Positions 1-9,559 of a stretch of DNA of 64,000 nucleotides are shown piece by piece. Source of the DNA: Vulcanimicrobiota bacterium (lineage in GTDB: Bacteria; Vulcanimicrobiota; Vulcanimicrobiia; Eremiobacterales; Eremiobacteraceae); the NCBI GenBank assembly GCA_963812135.1, contig CAWETU010000001.1:1824001-1888000 (forward strand). Direction: 5' to 3'. The notes beneath the pieces are model-generated. The model had not been told where the DNA came from. It was given only the letters and a program-made list of their open reading frames with translations, and ran no database searches. Both the position numbers and the translations under genes were made by a program. Every line of letters begins with the position of its first letter. Positions within the stretch are counted from its first letter, which is position 1.

Positions 1-778
1 GCGCCTCGACCTCGTCGCGCTTGAGGTCATCGTGCCACACGTTCTGCTCGATGTCTTTGAGCTCGCCTAACGCGACCACCGCGAACATCTCTTCTGGGAT
101 GTTGTAGCCATACGTCGCGGGATCGTCGCTCGGACGGAACGCGGTCCATACCATGCCGGTGACGGCGGTCGGTGCGCCCTTGCCATCGTTGATGAGTTCG
201 CGATGGCGGTAGGTCGAATAGCTGTGATCGCGTTCGAGCTGCATGAGGCCGAGCGCACGCTCGTACGCCGACTTGACCTCGGGCGTGAACACCGACGAAT
301 CGCGCGTCTGCTTCCAATACATCCATGCGAGCTGGATCGGATAGAGCAGCGAATCGAGTTCGTACTTCTCTTCGGCTACTTTATAGTCTCGGTTGAAGGC
401 GTTGGCGTATGGATCGAGCGCCATGTTCCTGGCTTCGCGCGAGACGACGCCTCGCAGCATGTTGCGCACTTCGGGATCGGCGACGAAGAAGAGATACGGT
501 CTGACCTGGGCGCTCGCGTCGCGCAGCCACATCGCGCCGATGTCGCCCGTGATGACGTACGTGGTCTGGTCGTTCTCGAACGACACGTCATAGCGGACGG
601 TCGAGAGCAGGCATTGCGTGTACAGCTGGCCGGTGTCGATGGTGCCGCCATGGAATTCCGCGGCGGCTGCTGAGATGGCAGGCAGTTCGGTGGCCCGCGC
701 GACACCCGCAAAACTGAGCACAAAAATGACCCCGGCGAGCGCCGAGGTCCAACGCATGACGAAGCGGACCGGTTTCAT
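1..778 (-). CDS. Secreted glycoside hydrolase family 125 (exo-alpha-1,6-mannosidase-like), runs off the window start
   Basis: Manual translation from ATG 778: signal peptide, then TGDIGAMWLRDASAQ, DPYANAF, KYELDSL and TGMVWTAFRPSDD motifs typical of GH125. Confidence 0.85.
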   Translation of the reverse strand, partial: MKPVRFVMRWTSALAGVIFVLSFAGVARATELPAISAAAAEFHGGTIDTGQLYTQCLLSTVRYDVSFENDQTTYVITGDIGAMWLRDASAQVRPYLFFVADPEVRNMLRGVVSREARNMALDPYANAFNRDYKVAEEKYELDSLLYPIQLAWMYWKQTRDSSVFTPEVKSAYERALGLMQLERDHSYSTYRHRELINDGKGAPTAVTGMVWTAFRPSDDPATYGYNIPEEMFAVVALGELKDIEQNVWHDDLKRDEVEA

Positions 779-880
779 GGGAGTTGCGAGCGCTCCTAAC
801 TCTTCGTATGTGCTCACTCCTACGACATCGGCACAGTTCGCAGTGCGCAGTAGACAAACCCTGCGCTCAAGCGCTGATTC

Positions 881-2079
881 TCAGCGAGTTGTGACCGTTT
901 TCTCACTTTGAACGACGGCACCCAAGGGCAGACGTATCGCCAGGCATCCTCCGCGCCTCGGCCGTCGCACGAGCTCTAGGCTGCCGGCATGCGCTTCCAC
1001 CAACAGCCGCGCGATCGACAGACCGAGCCCGACGCGGCCGTCAGCATCGGGCGCAAAGGGCGTTCCAAGCGCGGATGCTGCGCGTTTGGAAAAGCCCGAG
1101 CCGTCGTCCTCGACTTGAACCGTCGCTATTCCCGCACTCGCGGCGATGCGCACGCGCACGCGACCGCCGGCCGGCGAATGCCGCACCGCGTTATCGAGCA
1201 GGTTGATGAAAACTTGCTGGATGCGCTCGGCGTCGACGACCGGCGTCGCATCGCCGCGCACGTCGAAGCGGATGCGCCGGCTCGGAGCGATTGAAAGAGC
1301 GCTCCATGCGGCGCATGCGAGCGCTCGCAAGCTATGCGGCCGAGCGGATAGCGACAGCCGCCCGGCCGTCCATGCGCCTGCGTCGATGAGGGTCTCGACC
1401 AGACGATGCAGTCGCCGAGCTTCCACTGCGACGATTCCGCCGTACCGCATGCGCTCGCGCGTGTCCAGATCTGATTCGTCGCGCAGGCGCTCCGCGTATC
1501 CGAGAATGGCCGTCAACGGCGTGCGCAGCTCGTGGGTCACCGCCGCCAGGACGAGGGCGCGCTGCGCTTCGATTCGCGCGACCACCGCTGCGCCGCGAAT
1601 CGCTTGGCGCAATCCGTCGAGCGGCCGATCCTCTGACACCGGATCGACGACCGTCCAGCCGGCGATCACGCCGGGCGCATCCGCTTTGCCATTGCCGCGC
1701 GCGAGAGCGCGGAGCTGCGAGCGCACCGTCGCTTGCAACCGGCCCGCGATGAGTCCGAGGTGTGCGTCGTTGACGGTCGCGCGCGCGGGTGCGTCCACCG
1801 CGCGATCGACGAGCAGCGCGACGAACCAGCGCGCGCCAGGCCCGGCGGCGACCCGATCGCTGCCGCGCAACACATTGCCGACGGAGTCGCGCAGCGCGGT
1901 GGCCACCACGCGCTTACACGCGCTCAGCAGCGCGCGCCGACGCCGAACGGGCACGCGATCGACGCCCGTCAGCTCGAGATAGAGCAGCGGCGCAGAGCGG
2001 CGTGCCGCCGCGAGGTCGAGGAGCGGCGCGCCGAGCGAACGCAGCTCGCCGATGCGCGAGCCGGCCGTGCGCCGTTCAA
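881..2079 (-). CDS. Histidine kinase (HisKA + HATPase) with an N-terminal degenerate GGDEF-like region; start uncertain
   Basis: THELRTPL H-box, NLLDNA N-box, DDGSG and GLGL G-boxes; first in-frame GTG is at 1954. Confidence 0.8.
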
Positions 2080-2786
2080 GGGGGCGCTGAGAACTTGTAG
2101 CCAACGCCGTGCACCGTTTGGAGATGCTGTGGCGCGGACGCGCGCTCTCCGAGCGCGCGGCGCAAGCGCCGGATGTGGACGTCGACCGTGCGCGGGTCGC
2201 CCTCGTAGTCGAAGCCCCAAATGGTTTCGATGATCTGATCGCGCGTGAACACGCGGCCTTGGTTGCGGACGAGCAGCCACAACAGATCGAACTCTCGCGG
2301 TTTGAGCTTGACCGGCCTGCCGTCGATCGCGACTTCACGACGATCGGCATCGAGGCTCACCGCGCCTGCGGTGTAGCGCTGACCCGGTGACGGCGGCGCC
2401 TGACCGCTACGCCGCATGACCGCGCGCACGCGCGCGATCAGCTCGCGCGCTGAAAACGGTTTGACGAGGTAGTCGTCCGCACCGAGCTCGAGGCCGACGA
2501 TGCGATCCACTTCGTCACCTCGCGCCGACACCACGACGATCGGCGCGCGCGACTCTTTGCGCAGCGCCTTGCAGACCTCAAAGCCGTCGAGTCCGGGCAG
2601 GCCGATATCGAGCACGACGAGGTCAGGGGCGTGCGCACGCGCCCGGCGTAGCGCCGCCATGCCGTCCACGGCGATGGCCACATCGAATCCCTCGGCAGCC
2701 AGCGCGTCTTTGAGCAACGCAGCGATGTTGGGCTCGTCGTCGACGACGAGCGCGTGCAACGTGGCGGGTCCGGCGGCGACGGTCAT
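2076..2786 (-). CDS. OmpR/PhoB-family response regulator
   Basis: LVVDDE, LDIGLPG, GADDYLVKPF, RTVDVHIRRLR, TVHGVGY; ATGA overlap with pgeF stop. Confidence 0.93.
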   Translation of the reverse strand: MTVAAGPATLHALVVDDEPNIAALLKDALAAEGFDVAIAVDGMAALRRARAHAPDLVVLDIGLPGLDGFEVCKALRKESRAPIVVVSARGDEVDRIVGLELGADDYLVKPFSARELIARVRAVMRRSGQAPPSPGQRYTAGAVSLDADRREVAIDGRPVKLKPREFDLLWLLVRNQGRVFTRDQIIETIWGFDYEGDPRTVDVHIRRLRRALGERASAPQHLQTVHGVGYKFSAPP

Positions 2787-3610
2787 CGCTGCAGGAATCC
2801 GATCGAGCCCATGAGCGGTCCGCCGCTGCCGTTGCGGCGATACGAATGCAGCGCCGGCTTGCCGTCGGGCGAGCGGTAGCATCGCGTACAGGCGGTGGCT
2901 ACATTGATCTGCGATCGCGGCACGCCGGCGTCGAGGAGGTTCGCGATGAGGACCGCGCCTAGGTTGAGCGAGACCGAATCGCTGCGCTGGCGCGGCGCGG
3001 TGAGCGCGGACGCCGGTCCCACGGCTCCGTCGATGTCGGCGAAACGTTGCGCGACTTCCGGTCCCACCTCAAAGCAGCACGGCCCGATGTGCGGTCCGAT
3101 CGCCGCGACCATCGCCTGGGGATCGCCCCGGTGCTCGCGCAGCGTTGCGACGGTTTGTTTGACGATGCCGTCGGTGGCGCCGCGCCAGCCGGCGTGCAGC
3201 ATCGCGAGATGCGAATGCTCGGGATCGACGAGCCAGACGGCAGCGCAATCCGCGGTGCGGATGATCAGCATATCGTCAGGCGAACTCGTCCAGACGGCGT
3301 CGGCATCCGGTGCGCTCGGGCGCCCCGCTTCTGCCTCGACGCATGTCGCGCTGTGGATTTGCGCCAGGCTGATGAGGCTGCGTTCCCCTCGCAGCCGCGC
3401 GCCCGCAAGCCATGCCATTGCATCCGCGTCGAGGCGCGCATCGACGCCGACGGGGCTGGCGAATCCTAACGCGCCTGTATCGGCGAGCGCCGTTGCGACG
3501 ACAATCGGCTCGCGGCCGGTGCTTTGCACGACTACAAAACCGCCGCCCAGGTCCTCGGTGACATCGGAATCTTCGTCGGCGCTCGAGCCGAGGTCCCTGT
3601 CCAGCCGCAT
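2783..3610 (-). CDS. pgeF: YfiH/PgeF-family (laccase-domain) purine nucleoside phosphorylase
   Basis: TADC, HAGWRG, IGPHIGPCCFEVG, HSYRR motifs. Confidence 0.88.
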   Translation of the reverse strand: MRLDRDLGSSADEDSDVTEDLGGGFVVVQSTGREPIVVATALADTGALGFASPVGVDARLDADAMAWLAGARLRGERSLISLAQIHSATCVEAEAGRPSAPDADAVWTSSPDDMLIIRTADCAAVWLVDPEHSHLAMLHAGWRGATDGIVKQTVATLREHRGDPQAMVAAIGPHIGPCCFEVGPEVAQRFADIDGAVGPASALTAPRQRSDSVSLNLGAVLIANLLDAGVPRSQINVATACTRCYRSPDGKPALHSYRRNGSGGPLMGSIGFLQR

Positions 3611-3611
3611 G

Positions 3612-4115
3612 TTATTCCAGCGTTTCGAACTCGGGGATGGCGCCGCGCGTCTGCGCCCGCTTGCGCAAGGCTTTGGCGATCTCCGGCGCGGTGAAGCCCT
3701 GGCGCTCGAGCCGGCGACCGAGCTGTTCGTAGCGGTCTTGCGGCCGCATCGCCTCGAGTTTCGCCAGCGCCCGATCGATGCGCTCCTCGTCGTCGTCGGT
3801 GAATCCGTCGAGGACCTCGCGCGCAAGATCGCCGTCGATGCCATGGCGCAGCAGATCGTGCAGCAGCCGCATGCGTCCGACCGGCTTGCGGTCGAGCACG
3901 CTCTTCACATAGAGCTGAGCGTAGGTGCGGTCGTCGACGTAGCGCCGTTCTTCGCACGTGGCGACGGCGGTCTCGATCGCTTCGGGATCGTAGCCGCGAT
4001 CGCGCAGCTTCTGTGCGAGCTGCGACTTGGTGAGCCGCTTGTACGAGAGCAGGCGGACGGCGGCCGCCAACGCGGGCGACTTGTTTCGGTCGAATTCATT
4101 CGACCGCTCCATCAT
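3612..4115 (-). CDS. recX: Regulatory protein RecX
   Basis: [16 protein letters not shown] and YVDDRTYA motifs; directly downstream of recA with ATGA overlap. Confidence 0.88.
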   Translation of the reverse strand: MMERSNEFDRNKSPALAAAVRLLSYKRLTKSQLAQKLRDRGYDPEAIETAVATCEERRYVDDRTYAQLYVKSVLDRKPVGRMRLLHDLLRHGIDGDLAREVLDGFTDDDEERIDRALAKLEAMRPQDRYEQLGRRLERQGFTAPEIAKALRKRAQTRGAIPEFETLE

Positions 4116-5153
4116 TTCTCGACGGCGGCGTACCTGATGCTGCCGTTGTCCGCGGCGTTGGGTTGGGCTTTGTCGAGCAGCGCACGGATCTTGTCCTCGA
4201 TCTCCTCCGCGAGCTCGGGATGCTCTTCCATATATGCTTTGGCGTTCTCGCGGCCTTGACCGATGCGGGTCTCGCCATACGTGTACCACGAGCCCGTCTT
4301 GCCGATGATGTTCTGCTCGAGGCCCACGTCGATGAGCGAGCCGCTGCGGCTGATGCCCTTGCCGTAGGTGATGTCGAACTCCGCGACCTTGAACGGCGGC
4401 GCCACCTTGTTCTTGACGACCTTGACGCGCGTGCGCGAACCGACGACATCGGTGCCGACCTTGATGGTCTCCAGTTTGCGGATGTCGAGGCGCACGCTCG
4501 AGTAGAACTTGAGCGCGCGGCCGCCGCTGGTGGTCTCCGGATTGCCGAACATCACGCCGATCTTCTCGCGGATCTGGTTGATGAACACCATGGTGGTCTT
4601 CGATTTGCTGATGGCCGCGGTCAGTTTGCGCAGCGCCTGCGACATGAGGCGCGCTTGCAAGCCGACGTGCGTGTCGCCCATATCGCCTTCGATCTCGGCT
4701 TTGGGCACGAGCGCGGCGACCGAGTCGATGACGACGATGTCGACGGCGTTCGAACGCACCAGCATCTCGGCGATGTCCAGCGCCTGTTCGCCGGTGTCGG
4801 GTTGGGAGACGAGCAGGTTGTCGAGATCGACGTGGAGGTTGCGCGCATAATTCGGGTCGAGCGCGTGCTCGACGTCGATAAACGCGGCGACGCCGCCCGC
4901 CTTTTGCGCCTCGGCGATGCAGTGCAGCGTCAGCGTCGTTTTGCCCGACGACTCCGGGCCGAAGATCTCGACGACCCTGCCGCGCGGCAAGCCGCCGACG
5001 CCCAAGCGCCAAGTCGAGCGCGATCGAGCCCGTGGAGATCACATCGATCTGCACGTTGGCCGCGGCCTCGCCCAGCTTCATGATCGAGCCTTTGCCGAAT
5101 TGGCGCTCGATCTGCGCGAGAGTGTTTTCCAGAGCTTTTTCTTTTTCCGACAC
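4112..5153 (-). CDS. recA: Recombinase RecA with an apparent +1 frameshift near 5004
   Basis: [11 protein letters not shown]...[11 protein letters not shown] in one frame, GVGGLPRGR...GPESSGKTT onward in the next; length 3n+1. Confidence 0.95.
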
Positions 5154-5200
5154 CAGGGTCTCCCTTATCCGATTGTTCCAGCCGAGTGCCAGAACGCTAC

Positions 5201-5229
5201 ATTATACGTCCTGACAGCCGCCCTGTCAA
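5201..5229 (-). promoter_or_regulatory. Consensus sigma70 promoter of recA
   Basis: TTGACA (5229-5224), 17 bp spacer, TATAAT (5206-5201). Confidence 0.85.
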
Positions 5230-6131
5230 AACAGCGCATCGACGTACGACGCCGGGTCGAACGCCTTGAGCTGGTCCACCTGCTCGCCGAACCCGACGTA
5301 TTTGACCGGCAGGTCGGCTTGGTCCATGATCGCTACGACTATCCCGCCCTTTGCCGTCCCGTCTAGTTTCGTGAGCACGATGCCCGTCACTTCTGCCGCG
5401 TCGTGGAACAGTTTGGCTTGCGACAGCGCGTTCTGTCCAGTCGTGGCGTCGAGCACAAGCAGCGTTTCGTGCGGCGCGCCTTCGATTTCGCGAGCGATGA
5501 CACGCCGTATTTTCTTGAGTTCTTCCATTAAGTTGTGCTTGGTCTGCAACCGTCCCGCGGTATCGATGAAGACCACGTCGATGTTGCGGGCCTTCGCCGC
5601 AGCCAGGCCGTCGAAGACGACTGCCGCGGGATCCGCGCCCTCGGCGTGCCGGATCAGCTCCGCGCCGGCGCGCTTGGCCCAGATGGCGAGCTGTTCGGCT
5701 GCGGCCGCGCGGAACGTGTCGCCGGCGACGAGCAGCACGCTGCGACCTTGCGCCTTCGCTTGGGCCGCCAGCTTGCCGATCGTCGTGGTCTTGCCCGACC
5801 CGTTCACGCCGACGACGAGCACCACGTGGGGCTTGGTGCGAGGCGGCACGGGAGCGAGCTTGGGGTGCGTGAGGTAGTCGGCAACGTCGGAGCGGAACAC
5901 TCGCACGACGTCGCCCGCGGCCCGCAGGTTCTGCTGTTGGGCCGCCAGTTTGAGCTGCGCGACGATCTTTTCGGTGGTGCTGACCCCGAAATCGGCCGAG
6001 ATCAGCGTTTCTTCGAGCTCGTTCCAGAACTCGTCATCGACGAGCTGGCGGCCGATGAGGGCGTTCCAGTGGCCGGCGAGCCCGTTGCGCGTCTTGGACA
6101 GGGCGTCGCGGAGCGAGGAAAGCCACTGCAT
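5226..6131 (-). CDS. ftsY: SRP receptor FtsY
   Basis: GVNGSGKTTT, DTFRAAA, DTAGR, TKLDGTAKGG. Confidence 0.97.
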   Translation of the reverse strand: MQWLSSLRDALSKTRNGLAGHWNALIGRQLVDDEFWNELEETLISADFGVSTTEKIVAQLKLAAQQQNLRAAGDVVRVFRSDVADYLTHPKLAPVPPRTKPHVVLVVGVNGSGKTTTIGKLAAQAKAQGRSVLLVAGDTFRAAAAEQLAIWAKRAGAELIRHAEGADPAAVVFDGLAAAKARNIDVVFIDTAGRLQTKHNLMEELKKIRRVIAREIEGAPHETLLVLDATTGQNALSQAKLFHDAAEVTGIVLTKLDGTAKGGIVVAIMDQADLPVKYVGFGEQVDQLKAFDPASYVDALF

Positions 6132-6303
6132 GGACCGACTGCTTCGACGGCGGCGCGCCGCCTACTTGTGGATAACCCGGTTAGCGGCGCGCCCTGGGCG
6201 ACCAGGCGGCTACGGGTTCAACCGGACGCGCTGGCATCGGATATCAGGTCTTAGCCGCCGAGCGGGCGCAGCCGCGGGCGGTGGCTTGATTCTGAGTTTT
6301 GGA

Positions 6304-6912
6304 TCAACGTGCGCCCGTCGACCACGTAGCCTCAACATCGGGCAACCCGACGGAAGTCCGCCTCACAAAAATTAGCGTGTCGCGCGGCGTTGTGGAGTGT
6401 GGCTTCATCTCGTTTCCCTTAAGATGCTGCTCTAGGGTGAAACCGAGTCGGCGCGCGACTGCCGCACTACGCGTATTATCCGGATCGCAATGTATTTCAA
6501 CGCGCTTTGCTTCGAGAACTTGAAAAGCATACCGCGTCAATGCGGCGGTTGATTCGGTGATGTACCCCTGGTTTGAGAATTGCTTGCGTACCCAGTAGCC
6601 GATCGCAGCGCTGCTGCTTCCCTCAACCAGATTGTTGAATCCCGAACTACCTACCAGAGCGTTGCGCTGCCGCTCAAAAAGCAAAATCCCCAACAAGCCC
6701 CCTTCAAGCCGAACTGTGCGCGCGTCGCGAATGAAATGCTCGCACTCTTCAAGTGAGGGCTTCTTTTCGGCCCAGGACATCCACGCATGGAGATCCTCGA
6801 ACGATTCATTAATGGCCGCTCTTAGCTCTGCCGCATCTCCGCGCGCATGCGGTCGAAGCAAGAGACGCCTCGTCGAGATCGGAAAAGGAAGGTTTGCAAG
6901 ATCAAGTCGCAT
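6304..6912 (-). CDS. RimJ/RimL-type GNAT acetyltransferase
   Basis: IGYWV...QGYITE and N.RS.AVARRLGF motifs; visibly lower GC than neighbours. Confidence 0.85.
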   Translation of the reverse strand: MRLDLANLPFPISTRRLLLRPHARGDAAELRAAINESFEDLHAWMSWAEKKPSLEECEHFIRDARTVRLEGGLLGILLFERQRNALVGSSGFNNLVEGSSSAAIGYWVRKQFSNQGYITESTAALTRYAFQVLEAKRVEIHCDPDNTRSAAVARRLGFTLEQHLKGNEMKPHSTTPRDTLIFVRRTSVGLPDVEATWSTGAR

Positions 6913-6924
6913 TGCAGCTAGTAG

Positions 6925-7534
6925 TTAGTCTGACACTGTGACGCGTTCCCTCGCCGCTTCTGGCCAATGCGTGTGCATCTCGAGGCGCCGCACTCCTTTA
7001 GGGTAACTCGACGGGGTTTTCGTCGTATAGTCCTGCGAGAGGACGGTGATGTATTCGAAGTTCTCCCAGATGCCAGGATCGTCGTTCGACTCCCGCGCGA
7101 GCGCGGTGAAATCGGCCAGACGGTTCCAGCTGCGAGGGATCACCGCGCAATAGCGATCGAGGAAGAGCTCTGGGTCGACGATTCCGGTTTTGACAAGGAT
7201 CCCCAGCTCCTCATACGTGTTGCCGATGAGGATCGCCGCCTGACGAATCTTGACCAACTCCGGATCGACCTCGGCCGGTGAGGGATCGCGGACGAACGCC
7301 ACGACATAGCGGCGGAACGCCGGGTCGGCCATCGCGGGTCCCAGCCTGTGCACCACCACCTGCTCCGCTTGCTTGAATTCGTCCCTGCTGAAGTTCTCGC
7401 CGATGCTCAGCATCGCGGCGATCTGATTGCCGGTGCGCATGTGGCGCAATTGGATGATCGCCGCGATCGCGGTGGTGGCGATCACCGCGGCGGTCAAGCA
7501 GCGTTCCAGCGGTGTTGAGAACTTCGAGCGACAC
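6925..7534 (-). CDS. DUF4760-like membrane-anchored protein, +1 frameshift near 7496
   Basis: GTG start MSLEVLNTAGTLL continues after one extra base into TAAVIATTAIAAIIQLRH; N.YEELG and WENFEY motifs. Confidence 0.65.
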
Positions 7535-7548
7535 GCCGATGTCCGCCG

Positions 7549-8379
7549 CTACGAGGCTTGTTGGGTTTGTTGGGGTTTCTTGCGGACGTACTTTTGGCGG
7601 ACGGTGGGGTCGCCTTCGCGGAAGCCCAGATCGAGATGCAACGTCTTGAGCTTGGAGCGCAGCCGGATGACGGCTTGCGCGTGGATCTGCGATACGCGGG
7701 ATTCCGAGACGTTGAGCACGCTCTTGATGTCTTTGAGCGTCAGCCCCTCGAAATAGTACAGCGAGATGACGGTGCGCTCTTGCGGCGGCAGCGACTCGAC
7801 CGCTTCTGAGAGCGCGCCTTTGACTTCGGCGGATTCGACCTGATGGGTCGGGTCGGGTCCGGAATCCTTGAGCGTATCGAGCAGCGCGACGTCGTGTCCC
7901 TTTTCGTTCGGCAAGAACTCTTCGAGCGATAAGATCGACGTGCCGCGGACCTTGAGCAGCAGCGTGTGGTACTCTTTGAGCGACAGGGCCAGCTCTTTGG
8001 CGACTTCTTCATCCTCTGGGGCCCGGCCGAGGCGGCCTTCAAGGCCGGCGAACGCTCGCTCGAGCTCGCGCGCCTTCTGGCGCACGGCGCGCGGCACCCA
8101 ATCCATCGCGCGCAGGGCATCTAAGATGGCGCCGCTGATGCGGGTCGTCGCGTACGTCTCGAATTTGACGCCGCGCGAGTCGTCGTATTTGCCGATCGCG
8201 TCGATCAATCCGAGAATGCCTTCATTGATGAGGTCGTTGATCTCGACGTGCGAGGGAAGATTGACGGAGATCTTGCCGGCGACGTATTTCACCAACGGCA
8301 GGTATTTGTGGACGATCTCCTCGCGGCTCAGGTTGTGGCCGGCGATCGCGTACGTGCGGGAGACCGGACGCGTGATCAT
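7549..8379 (-). CDS. FliA/WhiG-family (sigma28) RNA polymerase sigma factor
   Basis: DLINEGILGLIDA, KFETYA, LRAMDWVPR, SESRVSQIH. Confidence 0.93.
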   Translation of the reverse strand: MITRPVSRTYAIAGHNLSREEIVHKYLPLVKYVAGKISVNLPSHVEINDLINEGILGLIDAIGKYDDSRGVKFETYATTRISGAILDALRAMDWVPRAVRQKARELERAFAGLEGRLGRAPEDEEVAKELALSLKEYHTLLLKVRGTSILSLEEFLPNEKGHDVALLDTLKDSGPDPTHQVESAEVKGALSEAVESLPPQERTVISLYYFEGLTLKDIKSVLNVSESRVSQIHAQAVIRLRSKLKTLHLDLGFREGDPTVRQKYVRKKPQQTQQAS

Positions 8380-8660
8380 CGCTTCGCCTTGGCCTTGGCC
8401 GGCGTGTGGCCGTTGCCGGCGAGCATCTGATTGAGCGCTTCGCGGCGGAAACGATATTGGCCGCCGGGCGTCTTGATCGCCTCGACTAAGCCTTCGCGCG
8501 CCCAGCGCCGGATGGCCGCGTCGGTCATATTGAGTTCCCGAGCGACCTCACCGGATGTCATCCAGTCGTTCGATCGGTTCTTTCGACGCGTCACTCGCCG
8601 GTCTTCGACCATACGCGTATCGCTTCTCTCTGTATAGGAGGATGAGTCCAACTCACCCAT
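8376..8660 (-). CDS. BldC/excisionase-like small MerR-type HTH protein
   Basis: WMTSGEVAREL...IRRWAREG...TPGGQYRF; ATGA overlap with the sigma gene; start could be 8612. Confidence 0.8.
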   Translation of the reverse strand: MGELDSSSYTERSDTRMVEDRRVTRRKNRSNDWMTSGEVARELNMTDAAIRRWAREGLVEAIKTPGGQYRFRREALNQMLAGNGHTPAKAKAKR

Positions 8661-8812
8661 GACAAGAGCGCGGTCCCCAGGTAGGGTCCGGTCGTTTCAC
8701 GTTTTTTCGGTTTTATCCCTTTTTTACGAGCTGAACGAGATTATCTATATTGACGCGGGCACAAAAATAGGCGGTCGAGTAAACTCGACCGCTACATATT
8801 GGGTTTGGCTAG

Positions 8813-9475
8813 TCAGTCTTGCGGGACGGCCTCGGTCGAGAACGTCACCTTGGTCTGCCCGAACATGATCTTGTCGCCGTGGCGCAGCGGCGTGGGCGCG
8901 TGGGGCACGAGGCGCTGCGAGCCGTTCAGCGAGGTGCCGTTCGTGCTCTCGAGATCCTCGATGATGAAGCTGCCGTGGCGGCGCACGATAAAGGCGTGGC
9001 GGCGCGATACGAAGTTGCCGTGGTCAAAGGGCGCGAGGTCCATGTCCGGATACACGCCGTCCGTGACCGAAGCCCGGCCGACCAGCACGACGTCCGCGTC
9101 GAGCGGCAGGTCGATCTCGCTGCCGTCGCGTTCGATGTGGACGGTGAGGCAGCCGCGCACTGAGGGGGCTTCGAGGCGGTGGGTGGCGGATTCGTCGAGC
9201 TGTGCGATTTCGGCCGGCAACGGCTCGCCGCACATCTTGCAGTAGGTCTCGCCGGAATAATTGCGTGCGAAGCAGCGCCCGCACAAGCGCGCGCTCTCAT
9301 CGCTGCGGACCGCGCCATAAGTCGAGCCCGCAGAGGGTTTATGGGCTGGGCCGGGCCGATCGCCCGTGCCATCCAATGTCATGCGTTTGCTCACGCCTGG
9401 CCGGCTTCCTGAAAGCGGATCTTCCATCCGATATCGTATCATCGTGGCCACCTTAAGGGGTGTGATGGAGCACAC
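8813..9475 (-). CDS. Zinc-ribbon + FHA domain protein (start uncertain)
   Basis: CGRC..N...YCKMCG; GR, SRRHA and DLESTNGT FHA motifs. Confidence 0.85.
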   Translation of the reverse strand: MCSITPLKVATMIRYRMEDPLSGSRPGVSKRMTLDGTGDRPGPAHKPSAGSTYGAVRSDESARLCGRCFARNYSGETYCKMCGEPLPAEIAQLDESATHRLEAPSVRGCLTVHIERDGSEIDLPLDADVVLVGRASVTDGVYPDMDLAPFDHGNFVSRRHAFIVRRHGSFIIEDLESTNGTSLNGSQRLVPHAPTPLRHGDKIMFGQTKVTFSTEAVPQD

Positions 9476-9559
9476 ATGCCCTCTACCCCATTGTTCGTCC
9501 CCTACGCCATGGTAGCCTATTAACGGGACTAGATGCTTGAAGGTTGCGTGAGAGCCTGT

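Noticed and set aside
3612..5153. 513-aa ORF fusing the RecA N-terminus to RecX
   Set aside because: Product of the recA frameshift plus a stop-poor alternative frame; the middle is off-frame, Arg-rich sequence
6167..6175. DnaA box as oriC
   Set aside because: Single box, no cluster, no AT-rich unwinding element and no dnaA
6184..6275. SRP RNA or 6S RNA next to ftsY
   Set aside because: No SRP helix-8 motif; the GGGTTCAA 6S-like fragment has no matching 5' arm and too little room
8376..8660. Excisionase indicating a prophage or ICE
   Set aside because: No integrase, att sites or phage genes; coupled to a sigma factor gene, so read as a BldC-like regulator
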